Assembly: GCA_017461745.1 (NCBI GenBank)
Contig: JAFTXE010000078.1
Coordinates: 30,282 to 94,281 of the forward strand
Direction: 5' to 3'
From: Clostridia bacterium
GTDB taxonomy: Bacteria > Bacillota > Clostridia > Oscillospirales > CAG-272
Length of the DNA stretch: 64,000 nt
The notes under the pieces: model-generated
Database searches by the model: none
What the model was told of the DNA's origin: nothing
The model's input: only the letters and a program-made list of their open reading frames with translations
Part shown: positions 27,554-36,673 of the stretch, one piece after another
Position numbering within the stretch: the first letter of the stretch is position 1
Layout: the number at the start of each line of letters is the position of its first letter
Translations under genes and position numbers: made by a program

Positions 27554-27997
27554 TCAACTGATTTCATAAGAGAGCGGGCAAATTATCTCACCGAGAGCAA
27601 CTGCCTTTTTACTTTTAGATTCGCCTATTCTCAATTCTCCGCCAAGGATCTCACATACGGATATTTTTCCCGTAAGAGCCGTACACCAAGCAAATCCGTT
27701 TTTGTTATAAAGAGGCGGCAAAGACCATCTTGCGCCTTCCTTTGATACGAAAGATAACGGATAAACGCTGACAGACTCGTCAAGACCGTTTGCGGTGACG
27801 CACGCGAGAAGTCCAAGCGGCGTATAATAAAAGCTTGCTCTTCCTTTTATTTCCCCGTCCTTTTCGTTGATATCCGAGATATCGGCATAAGCAAACGGTG
27901 CTCTGCCGCGGCATAGCTCGGATACTCCCGCACAGACGAATTCCTCGTCGGAAATTTGTGCTGACGTATTACTTTTTGCTAAATTTAAAGTGACCAA
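27554..27997 (-). CDS. Hypothetical protein, 147 aa
   Basis: ORF with a TTG start 5 nt after AGGAAGG. No motif recognised. Confidence 0.4.
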   Translation of the reverse strand: MVTLNLAKSNTSAQISDEEFVCAGVSELCRGRAPFAYADISDINEKDGEIKGRASFYYTPLGLLACVTANGLDESVSVYPLSFVSKEGARWSLPPLYNKNGFAWCTALTGKISVCEILGGELRIGESKSKKAVALGEIICPLSYEIS

Positions 27998-28149
27998 AGC
28001 ATACCTTCCTTTTTTTGTTTATTTTTGCTTTCGCATTATAATTATATTCATAAAAATGGCTTTTGTTTACTGTTTTTAGCTGTTTTTTGCTTGACGATGA
28101 GGATTTTGGGGATATAACTAAAAGCCCAGTGAATGTTTCTCTGAGTTTC

Positions 28150-28178
28150 TTGACAATATTTATTGTTTATGATATAAT
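28150..28178 (+). promoter_or_regulatory. Sigma-A promoter of the orphan membrane cassette
   Basis: TTGACA, 17 nt, TATAAT. Confidence 0.6.
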
Positions 28179-28227
28179 AAACTGACGGGATTTTAACCGC
28201 GAGTTAATAAGTGAAAGGAAAATAGCT

Positions 28228-29481
28228 ATGAATAAGGTTCAGGAATTATTAAATTCATATGGCATCTCGGTATATACGCAGAATAAAAATTGCGCTCAGA
28301 TATGGGACTCAATTAAGGAAATCGAAGATTCGGAGCTTGCCGTAAAGCTTATAAACGCGCTCTGTCAGGAAAAAAAGAATAACGAAAGATACGTGATCTG
28401 GCTGTCCGACGATCAGGAGGGCGTTGGAAATTATCTGTTCGGTTACAAGCGCTTTGACTATCATGTGAATGAAACAAACAGTCAAGGAAAGACTGTCAAA
28501 AAAACTAAAAGAGTTTACGCAAAGCGTGTACTAAAGACAAAAATAGATACCTTGATCCAAGACGAGATACAGGCGAAAAAGGATTTTCTTGCGCGTAGCT
28601 ATGTCATGAAAACCGACCCCGCCGAAGAGTCCGAAAAGGATGCTGCGCTCAGGGTTACCACTCAGATAAAGCGTGACAAGGAAGCAAATAAGGCCATTGA
28701 AAAAAATAAAAAATACTTTGAAAAAATAAATAGAGAATACGAGAGAAATCAGCGCAAGGAGCTAAGTAAAGCGAAAGAAGTCGTATATATTATCGCGGCG
28801 TTGGTATATAGCGTTATCATAGCTTCTCTTGCGACAGCCGCTATAATGTTATCTACGTTCTTCTTAACATTGTGGAGTTTTCTTCCCGTCATTTGTGTTT
28901 TGCCAACGCTTGCGCTCATATATTTGATTGTCAGAATAGAGATCGCGTTTATTGAACGGTCACCCATAGTCAAGAACAAAAAAGCAATTATTTTCGTTTT
29001 GATCCCTACAGTCATATCACAAATCGTGCTCTTCGGTATACTCTTTATCCAAAACGGATTGCTTGAAGAAATATCGGAGGCATGGTCTGTGCTGTTGGCA
29101 TTGGGAATTATAGCGCTGGGTGTGGCGTCGTACGTCATTGCCTTTTTCTGCAGCTACAAGACCTGCTGGCATTGCCATACTACCGGTCTTGCATTATATT
29201 ATGTTACAGAAGAAGTTTTAAATACGAAGTTTGATAAACAAACCACACCCGGAATAATCTCCAGAGAAACAGTTGGAAGCGCAACTATTACATATTCCGA
29301 CGGTGCAAGAGAAAACGTAGACGTTATGATGGACGTAAGTAGAGATAATACTACGTACACTCAAACAGACGACAGACAAATTTGTTATGAGTGTAAAATA
29401 TGCGGCAACGTGCATTTCAAAAAAAGAACGATCATTGTGGGATGGTTCCAAAAAATAATAGATAGTATACGCGGCGTATAA
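28228..29481 (+). CDS. Hypothetical polytopic membrane protein with a Lys/Glu-rich N-terminal domain and a C-terminal Cys4/His zinc-ribbon-like domain
   Basis: About 190 aa of charged, coiled-coil-like N-terminus, then four or five hydrophobic helices (aa ~195-320), then CWHCH ... CYECKICGNVH. GAAAGGAAA RBS. Confidence 0.55.
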   Translation: MNKVQELLNSYGISVYTQNKNCAQIWDSIKEIEDSELAVKLINALCQEKKNNERYVIWLSDDQEGVGNYLFGYKRFDYHVNETNSQGKTVKKTKRVYAKRVLKTKIDTLIQDEIQAKKDFLARSYVMKTDPAEESEKDAALRVTTQIKRDKEANKAIEKNKKYFEKINREYERNQRKELSKAKEVVYIIAALVYSVIIASLATAAIMLSTFFLTLWSFLPVICVLPTLALIYLIVRIEIAFIERSPIVKNKKAIIFVLIPTVISQIVLFGILFIQNGLLEEISEAWSVLLALGIIALGVASYVIAFFCSYKTCWHCHTTGLALYYVTEEVLNTKFDKQTTPGIISRETVGSATITYSDGARENVDVMMDVSRDNTTYTQTDDRQICYECKICGNVHFKKRTIIVGWFQKIIDSIRGV

Positions 29482-29613
29482 AATTTTTATAATAAGTAAA
29501 AAAATATAACGAGCTAATAATACAATCGTTGACCGACTTGTTAAAGTACAGAGAGACGTATAACAAGGTAATGAACCGTCCTATATCTTTTTGACACTTA
29601 ATAGGAGCACAAG

Positions 29614-30441
29614 ATGCGAATAATAAAAAAATATTTTTTCTTTACCGCCTTATTTGTTTGTATTGGTTCAATTTTTACCTTAAGTGTTTTCCCTTTTGTA
29701 AGCGACTCTTTCAGCGTATCAGACGAAGAAAAAGAGGTTATATCGGAATATATTGATATTACATCAGATACACCTATAATAAAAATCTATGCCAATATAC
29801 CTATAAGTTCTTTAGGACAAAAAAGCTTTCAGGATGCCGTATCACATTCCAAAGGAATAATATACGCAAATGGTGATGAATGTTGTTTTATTGATGAAGA
29901 AAATAAAAATATAGATTTCAATGATTATTATGGCGCAAAAAAGCTACGTCATATTGCATTATCGGGAAAAGACGTATTACTGAGCGCAGAGCATTTAAAA
30001 ATAACTTCTGACATAAAAATTACGGAAACATATTGCGCTCTTGGGGTATATTCGTACCATGACTTGATCGTATATTTTGTTACAGATCAAGGAGATTTCG
30101 TATATTGCACATCAACAAGCGAATCAAACAATGAATTTGTTTTACCCGCCGACACATTTAATGAGCATTGCGCGTCGTTGAATTTTAACAAAGATGAGAA
30201 TGGCTATGAATTATACGGTGCGGGAATAGTTGATGATGAACTCTTCAAAGATTATGCAATTGGAGAATACACCGAGCAAACCTTTTTGACATCTCCGCAA
30301 ACACAAGAAACAGATACCGATACTGAAGCGCTCGCTTCTACGAATAACAATTATATACATTTGATATGGATAATCCCCCTATCAGTATTAATCGTTATAT
30401 TGATTGTATTAGTGATATTAAAAGTCAAAAAACAAAGATAA
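29614..30441 (+). CDS. Hypothetical bitopic surface protein (N-terminal signal/anchor, C-terminal TM anchor)
   Basis: N-terminal FFFTALFVCIGSIFTLSVF and C-terminal LIWIIPLSVLIVILIVLVILKVKKQR. Very AT-rich coding sequence. AGGAG RBS. Confidence 0.5.
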   Translation: MRIIKKYFFFTALFVCIGSIFTLSVFPFVSDSFSVSDEEKEVISEYIDITSDTPIIKIYANIPISSLGQKSFQDAVSHSKGIIYANGDECCFIDEENKNIDFNDYYGAKKLRHIALSGKDVLLSAEHLKITSDIKITETYCALGVYSYHDLIVYFVTDQGDFVYCTSTSESNNEFVLPADTFNEHCASLNFNKDENGYELYGAGIVDDELFKDYAIGEYTEQTFLTSPQTQETDTDTEALASTNNNYIHLIWIIPLSVLIVILIVLVILKVKKQR

Positions 30442-30447
30442 TACTTT

Positions 30448-30497
30448 TGCGCCCAAGGTGACGTCGTTAAGATTTCACCTTGGGCGCAGATTTTTTG
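30448..30497 (+). terminator. Intrinsic terminator
   Basis: TGCGCCCAAGGTGA-loop-TCACCTTGGGCGCA followed by GATTTTTT. Confidence 0.85.
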
Positions 30498-30550
30498 ATA
30501 TATTTATTATCTAATCAACGAAGTTTATAAAAATATTTTCAAAAAAGCTA

Positions 30551-30579
30551 TTGACAAAATAAAGGTTATGTGGTATACT
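30551..30579 (+). promoter_or_regulatory. Sigma-A promoter of the ylxM-ffh operon
   Basis: TTGACA, 17 nt, TGGTATACT. Confidence 0.6.
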
Positions 30580-30632
30580 TGTAAAGTATTTTGCTTTACA
30601 TCTGTATTTTAGCTTGTAAAGGAAGTGTTTTA

Positions 30633-30968
30633 GTGTTTGAGAAAAATCTGAATATCGGATACTTGTTGGACTTCTACGGAGTGCTTCTTTCGGACAGAAA
30701 GAGGTCGGTCATGGATATGTATTATAACGAGGATCTCTCGCTTGCCGAGGTTGCCGAGGAGATTGGAATATCAAGGCAAGGCGTGCGCGATATAATCAAA
30801 AAATCCGAAGAGGAGCTTCTCTTTTACGAGGAAAGGCTCGGGCTTGCCGAAAAGCTTCAAAGGGTCGAGGCGGAGACGTCTGAGCTTTGCCGCATTGCCG
30901 ACAGCGAAAAGCTTCCAAGCGAAATACACGAAAGAATAGTTAAGCTTTCGGAGCTTGTTAGACAATAA
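30633..30968 (+). CDS. ylxM: YlxM/UPF0122 putative DNA-binding protein (SRP operon)
   Basis: LLDFYGVLLSDRKRSVMDMYYNEDLSLAEVAEEIGISRQGVRD, positioned upstream of ffh. I prefer the GTG at 30633 (AAGGAAG 7 nt upstream) to the track's TTG at 30591. Confidence 0.8.
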   Translation: MFEKNLNIGYLLDFYGVLLSDRKRSVMDMYYNEDLSLAEVAEEIGISRQGVRDIIKKSEEELLFYEERLGLAEKLQRVEAETSELCRIADSEKLPSEIHERIVKLSELVRQ

Positions 30969-31006
30969 GCTCTCGGTATCTAAAGTCTGTAAAGGAAGGT
31001 GAGAAA

Positions 31007-32347
31007 ATGTTTCAAAGTCTAAGTGAAAAATTAGAAAATGCCTTCAGAAAATTTAAAAGCAAGGGTAAGTTGACCGAGTCGGACATAAAAGCGGGTATGC
31101 GTGAGATAAAGCTTGCTTTGCTTGAGGCTGACGTTAACTTCAAGGTCGTTAAGGACTTTATAAACAGTGTTTCCGAGCGTGCCGTGGGCGCTGACGTGCT
31201 TGAATCGTTGCTCCCCGCTCAGCAGATAGTTAAAATCGTAAACGAAGAGCTTACCAACCTTATGGGTGGAACGCAATCCAAGCTCACCATCGCTTCAAAG
31301 CCACCTACGGTTATTATGATGGTAGGTCTTCAGGGTGCGGGTAAGACGACGCACGCGGGCAAGCTTGCGGGAATGTACAAAAAACAAGGTAAGCATCCCC
31401 TTCTCGTTGCCTGCGATATATACCGTCCCGCCGCGATAAAGCAGCTTGAAATAGTCGGTGAAAAGCTCGGTATTCCCGTTTTCACGATGGGCGACAAGGT
31501 ATCTCCCGTCAAGATAGCCAAGGAGGGCTTGAAATACGCCAACCAAAAGGGCTACGACATGGTATTCATTGATACCGCGGGACGCTTGCACATTGACGAG
31601 GAGCTGATGAAGGAGCTTCAGGATATAAAATCCGAGGTCTCTCCTACAGAAATACTTCTTACGGTTGACGCAATGATAGGTCAGGACGCCGTTAACGTTG
31701 CAAAAACCTTTAACGAGCTTCTCGACATCACGGGTGTAATTCTGACTAAGCTTGACGGTGATACGCGTGGCGGTGCGGCTCTGTCCGTAAGACACGTCAC
31801 AGGTAAGCCCATCAAGTTCATAGGTACGGGCGAAAAGCTTGACGCTATTGAGCCCTTCTACCCCGACAGAATGGCCTCAAGAATTCTCGGAATGGGCGAC
31901 GTGCTGTCTCTTATTGAGAAGGCAGAGCAAGCCTACGACGAAAAGAAGGCGGTCGAGCTTGAAAAGAAGCTCAGAGAATCGACCTTTACGCTTGACGATT
32001 ATCTTGATCAATTCGCTCAGCTCAAAAACATGGGAAGTCTTGAGCAGATAATGGGAATGATGCCTGGGGTAAAGCCGGGAGCGCTCAAGGACGCAAAGAT
32101 CGACGAGAAGGCTTTGGCTCGCACAGAGGCTATTATAAAATCAATGACAAAGCAAGAGCGTGAGAAGCCCGAAATACTTGGTGCGTCACGCAAGAAAAGA
32201 ATTGCCGCGGGAAGCGGAACGACGGTTGAAGAGGTCAACAAGCTTCTTAAGCAGTTTGACCAGACGAGAAAGCTTATGAAGCAGTTCTCCAACCCCAAGC
32301 AGATGTCGAGATTCGGCAAAAAACGAATGAAAATTCCGTTTAATTAA
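31007..32347 (+). CDS. ffh: Signal recognition particle protein Ffh
   Basis: NG domain GLQGAGKTT, DTAGRL and TKLDGDTRGGAALS. The Met-rich M domain is MGMMPG. Confidence 0.95.
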   Translation: MFQSLSEKLENAFRKFKSKGKLTESDIKAGMREIKLALLEADVNFKVVKDFINSVSERAVGADVLESLLPAQQIVKIVNEELTNLMGGTQSKLTIASKPPTVIMMVGLQGAGKTTHAGKLAGMYKKQGKHPLLVACDIYRPAAIKQLEIVGEKLGIPVFTMGDKVSPVKIAKEGLKYANQKGYDMVFIDTAGRLHIDEELMKELQDIKSEVSPTEILLTVDAMIGQDAVNVAKTFNELLDITGVILTKLDGDTRGGAALSVRHVTGKPIKFIGTGEKLDAIEPFYPDRMASRILGMGDVLSLIEKAEQAYDEKKAVELEKKLRESTFTLDDYLDQFAQLKNMGSLEQIMGMMPGVKPGALKDAKIDEKALARTEAIIKSMTKQEREKPEILGASRKKRIAAGSGTTVEEVNKLLKQFDQTRKLMKQFSNPKQMSRFGKKRMKIPFN

Positions 32348-32399
32348 TCAACGGGTTTTTATATAAAATTATTTATTATACTTTTGGAGGAAACAAAAA

Positions 32400-32639
32400 A
32401 TGGCAGTTAAAATGAGACTTAGAAGAATGGGCGCTAAGAAAGCTCCTACTTACCGTGTTATCGTTGCGGACAGCCGCTCTCCCAGAGACGGTCGTTTCAT
32501 CGAGGAGCTCGGTCACTTCGATCCCCGTAGCAACGAGCTGAAGATCGACGCTGAAAAGGCTAAGAAGTGGATATCCAACGGCGCACAGCCCACAGAGACT
32601 GTTAAGGCACTGCTCAAGAAGTCCAATATCATCGACTGA
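32400..32639 (+). CDS. rpsP: 30S ribosomal protein S16
   Basis: [42 protein letters not shown]. Confidence 0.95.
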   Translation: MAVKMRLRRMGAKKAPTYRVIVADSRSPRDGRFIEELGHFDPRSNELKIDAEKAKKWISNGAQPTETVKALLKKSNIID

Positions 32640-32658
32640 TCGGTATAGGTGAGCGCAG

Positions 32659-32895
32659 ATGACCGATTTGAAAGAAACCTTGATAAACATCGCCAAGGCT
32701 ATTGTCGATCATCCCGATGCCGTTAACGTTCTCGAGTCCGAAGAGGGCAACAAGGTTACTCTCGTTCTCAACGTTGCTGAAAGCGACATGGGCATGGTAA
32801 TCGGTAAGGGCGGAAAAATCGCTAAAGCGATTCGTACGTTGATGAGAGCGGCAGCTTCTGCTGATGGCAAGGAAGTCAGCGTTGTTATCAGATAA
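32659..32895 (+). CDS. KH-domain RNA-binding protein (YlqC-like)
   Basis: GxxG motif VIGKGGKIAKAIRTL. 78 aa, in the conserved position after rpsP. Confidence 0.85.
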   Translation: MTDLKETLINIAKAIVDHPDAVNVLESEEGNKVTLVLNVAESDMGMVIGKGGKIAKAIRTLMRAAASADGKEVSVVIR

Positions 32896-32914
32896 CAGTT
32901 CTGTAATTTTTGAA

Positions 32915-32961
32915 AAGCAGAGCCATAGTCGGCGTTTTTTCGCCGTACGGGCTCTGTTTTC
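32915..32961 (+). terminator. Intrinsic terminator after the KH gene
   Basis: GCAGAGCC...GGCTCTG outer stem with an inner GGCG-TTTTTT-CGCC, followed by TTTT. Confidence 0.7.
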
Positions 32962-32976
32962 ATTTTCGGAGGATAT

Positions 32977-33387
32977 ATGTTAAAAACATCGAAAAATACC
33001 GTCACAACTATTTTGGATAATTCCCTGCTCTGTCTTGATAAGTACCGTACTCAGCTTGACAACTCCGCGGGAAAAGAGATTAAGGAAATTACGCTTGAGC
33101 ATCATATTTTCTCAGGCTCGATATTAGGTATACTTACAGAGCTTGAAGAAATTTCAGTTAAGCTCGCAGAGCTTATATGCGGATATGACGCCGAAAACGA
33201 TTTTTCAAAAAGAGATAGTGTAAATACTTTACTTGACACTTGTATTTCCTTCAGAAAAAGCGTTGAGGCTTATATGAAGAACTGCGATGACGCATTGAAA
33301 AATTCTATGCCAACAGCGGTATACGCTCTTATAAATCACACGGATATTCTTACAAGGAAAATTTTGTTCTTGAAAAGTAATTTATAA
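32977..33387 (+). CDS. Hypothetical helical protein, 136 aa
   Basis: ORF with a GGAGG RBS and helix-rich composition. No motif recognised. It sits where rimM/trmD/rplS usually follow. Confidence 0.45.
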   Translation: MLKTSKNTVTTILDNSLLCLDKYRTQLDNSAGKEIKEITLEHHIFSGSILGILTELEEISVKLAELICGYDAENDFSKRDSVNTLLDTCISFRKSVEAYMKNCDDALKNSMPTAVYALINHTDILTRKILFLKSNL

Positions 33388-33414
33388 ATTTACATTTTAA
33401 TAATAGTGCCTGTA

Positions 33415-33443
33415 TTGACTTTTGCTTTTAGGGAGAGTATAAT
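33415..33443 (+). promoter_or_regulatory. Sigma-A promoter of mgtE
   Basis: TTGACT, 17 nt, TATAAT. Confidence 0.6.
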
Positions 33444-33477
33444 AAAGTGTAATCCTTTTTCTCGGGAGGTATCCGAT

Positions 33478-34815
33478 ATGAATTTTGAAGCTCTTAACGT
33501 TTTGTTGGAAGAAAAGAAATATAACGAGTTTATACCTCTTATAAATTCGTTGAACCACGTTGATATTGCGGATTTTTTGCAACAGCTATCCGATATTCCG
33601 CTATATAAGGTCTTCCGAATGTTAAAAAAAGATATCGCGGCAGACGTTTTCGCTGAGCTTGATTCGGAATTTCAGCAACAGATAATTGATTCCATGAAGG
33701 ACTCTGAAATTTCAAGCTTTATCGATACCTTAGCAATGGACGACACCGTTAATATGCTTGAGGAGTTCCCTGCCAACGTCGTGGACAGAATACTGAAAAG
33801 CACAACGCCTGAGTTAAGGAAAGAAATAAACAGATTTCTCAAATATCCCGAGGGCAGTGCCGCAAGCGTTATGACCTCGGAGTTCGTTCGAATAAAAAGT
33901 CATTTCACGGTAGCTGAAGCCGTATCGTATATCAGAAAAACAGGTATAGATAAGGAAACGGTCTACGTAATTTACGTAACCGACAGCTCACGCAAGCTAT
34001 TGGGTATTGTAGAGCTTAAGGACCTTTTGTTCTCCTCTGAGGACGCTACCATTGAGTCTATAATGGACAGCGCTGTTATAAGCGCGTCAACTCACGACGA
34101 CCAGGAAACCGTCGCAAATATGATTTCAAAATACGACCTTCTGGCGCTCCCTATCGTTGACAGCGAAAGCAGACTTGTCGGTATCGTTACCGTCGACGAC
34201 GCTCTCGACGTCATCAGCGAGGAGGCTACCGAGGATATCGAAAAGATGGGTGCTATCGTCCCCTCGGACAAGCCATACTTAAAGATAGGTGTATTTGAAA
34301 CGTGGCTCAAGCGCATACCTTGGTTGCTCGTTCTTATGATATCCGCCGCCTTTACGGGTTCTATTATAACGCATTACGAAAGCGCTCTTGCGCAGGTCGT
34401 TATACTGACGGCGTTTATTCCCATGCTTATGGGCTCGGGCGGTAATGCGGGCGGTCAGGCATCGGTTACCATAATAAGAAGCTTATCTCTCGGTGAGGTA
34501 AGAATGGGAAATATTTTCAGAATTCTCTGGAAGGAGCTCAGAGTTTCCCTGCTCTGCGGACTTACGCTGTCGGTCGTTGCTTTCGGAAAGGTAATGCTTA
34601 TTGACCGCGCAAGCGTTGGAGTTGCAAGCGTTGTAGCGCTTGCTCTGCTCTCAACCGTCGTGCTTGCAAATCTCGTCGGGGCGTCTCTGCCTATACTCGC
34701 AAAGAGAATAAAGCTTGACCCCGCGGTCATGGCAAGCCCCTTTATAACGACCATAGTTGACGCCGCCTCGCTTGTAATATATTTCTTTTTCGCCACAAAA
34801 ATATTGGGACTTTAA
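33478..34815 (+). CDS. mgtE: Magnesium transporter MgtE
   Basis: N-domain, tandem CBS (LPIVDSESRLVGIVTVDD), and a TM domain with PMLMGSGGNAGGQ and PFITTIVD. The true start is the ATG at 33478 (GGGAGG RBS). Confidence 0.92.
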   Translation: MNFEALNVLLEEKKYNEFIPLINSLNHVDIADFLQQLSDIPLYKVFRMLKKDIAADVFAELDSEFQQQIIDSMKDSEISSFIDTLAMDDTVNMLEEFPANVVDRILKSTTPELRKEINRFLKYPEGSAASVMTSEFVRIKSHFTVAEAVSYIRKTGIDKETVYVIYVTDSSRKLLGIVELKDLLFSSEDATIESIMDSAVISASTHDDQETVANMISKYDLLALPIVDSESRLVGIVTVDDALDVISEEATEDIEKMGAIVPSDKPYLKIGVFETWLKRIPWLLVLMISAAFTGSIITHYESALAQVVILTAFIPMLMGSGGNAGGQASVTIIRSLSLGEVRMGNIFRILWKELRVSLLCGLTLSVVAFGKVMLIDRASVGVASVVALALLSTVVLANLVGASLPILAKRIKLDPAVMASPFITTIVDAASLVIYFFFATKILGL

Positions 34816-35924
34816 TTTTCAGCTCTACGGTACGCTCTCCAAAGCTTATCGTAGAGCTGATTTGTTTTTTTCGTCATTGCCTCGGCATTCAGCTCCGTGC
34901 AAAATCTTTGATAGGCTTTTTTCGACATTTTCGCATACAAGTCACGGTCATTTGCCAGACGCTCAATATATTCAGCCATTTCAGAGCTGTCAAAGCATTT
35001 ACAAACAAACCCGTTTTCTCCGTGCTTTATCATATAAGGGTTTCCACCGTAATCGCTTACAACGGCGGGAATTCCAAGACTCATTCCCTCGGATAGCGCT
35101 AAGGACGACGTCTCCGTTCCTATCGAGCAATTTATATTTATATCTACGATATTCATAAAGGGCGATACGTCCTCAACAAATCCGCAAAAGATCACGCTTT
35201 CATTTATACCAAACTCACGGCAAAGCTCTCCGAGCCTTTGTCTTTGTGTCCCGTCACCTAAGAGCAGTACCTTAAAATTCATACCGTGCTTGGAAAGTAT
35301 TTTTACACTTTGCAAAAACCATTCGTGACCCTTACATTTTTCAAGGCGCGCTGATAATCCGATGACGGTTGTGCTTTCGTCAATATTCAAGTCTTGCTTC
35401 AAGCGTTTTTTCTCATCTGCGTCTATTTTTCTCAGCGCTCTTGAACCGTTTATTATAACGTTTATTTTTTCCTCGTCTATTCCAAGCTCCAGAAGGTTGT
35501 CCTTAGCCGCATACGCTACCGCAATGAAGCTATCCGAAATATAATTATTGAAAAATCCCCACGCTCTATCGCTTTTTTTAACGGGAAAGACGCAATGTCT
35601 CGTGCATATTTTTATAGGTACTCGGCACATCTTCGCCGCGATACGCGCAGACAGACACCCGTGGCAATTTACGATATCGGGGGTGTTTTCTTTAAATATT
35701 CTTTTATAGATTTTTATTGCTTTGAGATCAAACGATATATCGCCGTCACAATCGGCTTCAACGTAATCGACACCAATAGCTTCAAGGCGTTGGCAGAGCG
35801 CACTCCCCCTTGGGACTACTACGAGAGTAGGATATTTATTCAAGTCCGTATTCGACAAACGGTTGATAAGCAATACTCCCGCACCGCCTATGTTTGTATC
35901 GCTGATAGCTTCAATTATTTTCAT
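34812..35924 (-). CDS. GT4-family (GT-B) glycosyltransferase
   Basis: C-terminal E-x7-E region TSSLALSEGMSLGIPAVVSDYGGNPYMIKHGENG. 370 aa. Confidence 0.8.
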   Translation of the reverse strand: MKIIEAISDTNIGGAGVLLINRLSNTDLNKYPTLVVVPRGSALCQRLEAIGVDYVEADCDGDISFDLKAIKIYKRIFKENTPDIVNCHGCLSARIAAKMCRVPIKICTRHCVFPVKKSDRAWGFFNNYISDSFIAVAYAAKDNLLELGIDEEKINVIINGSRALRKIDADEKKRLKQDLNIDESTTVIGLSARLEKCKGHEWFLQSVKILSKHGMNFKVLLLGDGTQRQRLGELCREFGINESVIFCGFVEDVSPFMNIVDININCSIGTETSSLALSEGMSLGIPAVVSDYGGNPYMIKHGENGFVCKCFDSSEMAEYIERLANDRDLYAKMSKKAYQRFCTELNAEAMTKKTNQLYDKLWRAYRRAEN

Positions 35925-35984
35925 TTTTACATCTCCGAAATATAGTTATTATTATTTTTTCCAAAGAGCATATAAAAATACGAA

Positions 35985-36013
35985 TATATACAAAAAGCCT
36001 CGCTCCAAGCGGA
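35985..36013 (-). terminator. Intrinsic terminator of the YtrA-type ABC operon
   Basis: Minus strand: AAAGCCTCGTTCCGCTTGGAGCGAGGCTTTTT. Confidence 0.8.
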
Positions 36014-36045
36014 ACGAGGCTTTACTGTTTTAGTGATTACTCACT

Positions 36046-36672
36046 TTATAGTTCCCGTTTTTTATAAAATGCAACGGATAAATACCAAGAAAGGACATAT
36101 ATTCCAATACCTATAAGACAAGCGATAGGTAAAACACCGTTTAGCTGAATCTCATTTTGCAGACCTTCCTTGAAGATCGTAGTTGCGATAATACTTCCTG
36201 CGCACGCCACGCCTATCATCACATAGTATGCACCGCGTCCTTTTTCTACTCCGTATTTAAAAATAAATGGGAGAGTCAGTGACGAGGTAACACTCGCCAT
36301 TATAAGCAAGAGCATCATAATCACCAAAAACTCTTTCAAAACAAAAGTGCCTTCTACACCCATTTTGATTCCCTGAGTAATACAAATTACTGTCAGCATA
36401 GCAATTTGTGTGAACAAGCCTATCAAATATTTCGCTGATACGATTTGTGTTTTTGTGTACGGCAACGTACCGACATACTCAGTCCATCGACTGCGCTCAT
36501 CATATCCAAGTAGGTTGACGGGAATCATACCACAAAGTACACAAGGGTAGAATATGAAAAACATATTTCCGCTGCTCATCATAGAGAGAAGTATAAATCC
36601 GATACTAACGAAAAGATAATACCGACAATACTTTCTCATCATATACCAATCTTTTAATAATAGTCCCCTCAT
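36046..36672 (-). CDS. ABC-2 type transporter permease
   Basis: 208 aa with six hydrophobic segments, directly downstream of the ATPase gene. Confidence 0.7.
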   Translation of the reverse strand: MRGLLLKDWYMMRKYCRYYLFVSIGFILLSMMSSGNMFFIFYPCVLCGMIPVNLLGYDERSRWTEYVGTLPYTKTQIVSAKYLIGLFTQIAMLTVICITQGIKMGVEGTFVLKEFLVIMMLLLIMASVTSSLTLPFIFKYGVEKGRGAYYVMIGVACAGSIIATTIFKEGLQNEIQLNGVLPIACLIGIGIYVLSWYLSVAFYKKREL

Positions 36673-36673
36673 A

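Noticed and set aside
33388-33477. M-box (Mg2+) riboswitch upstream of mgtE
   Set aside because: Only about 35 nt lie between the predicted transcription start and the ATG, which is far too short for the ~160-nt M-box. No conserved M-box strings were seen.
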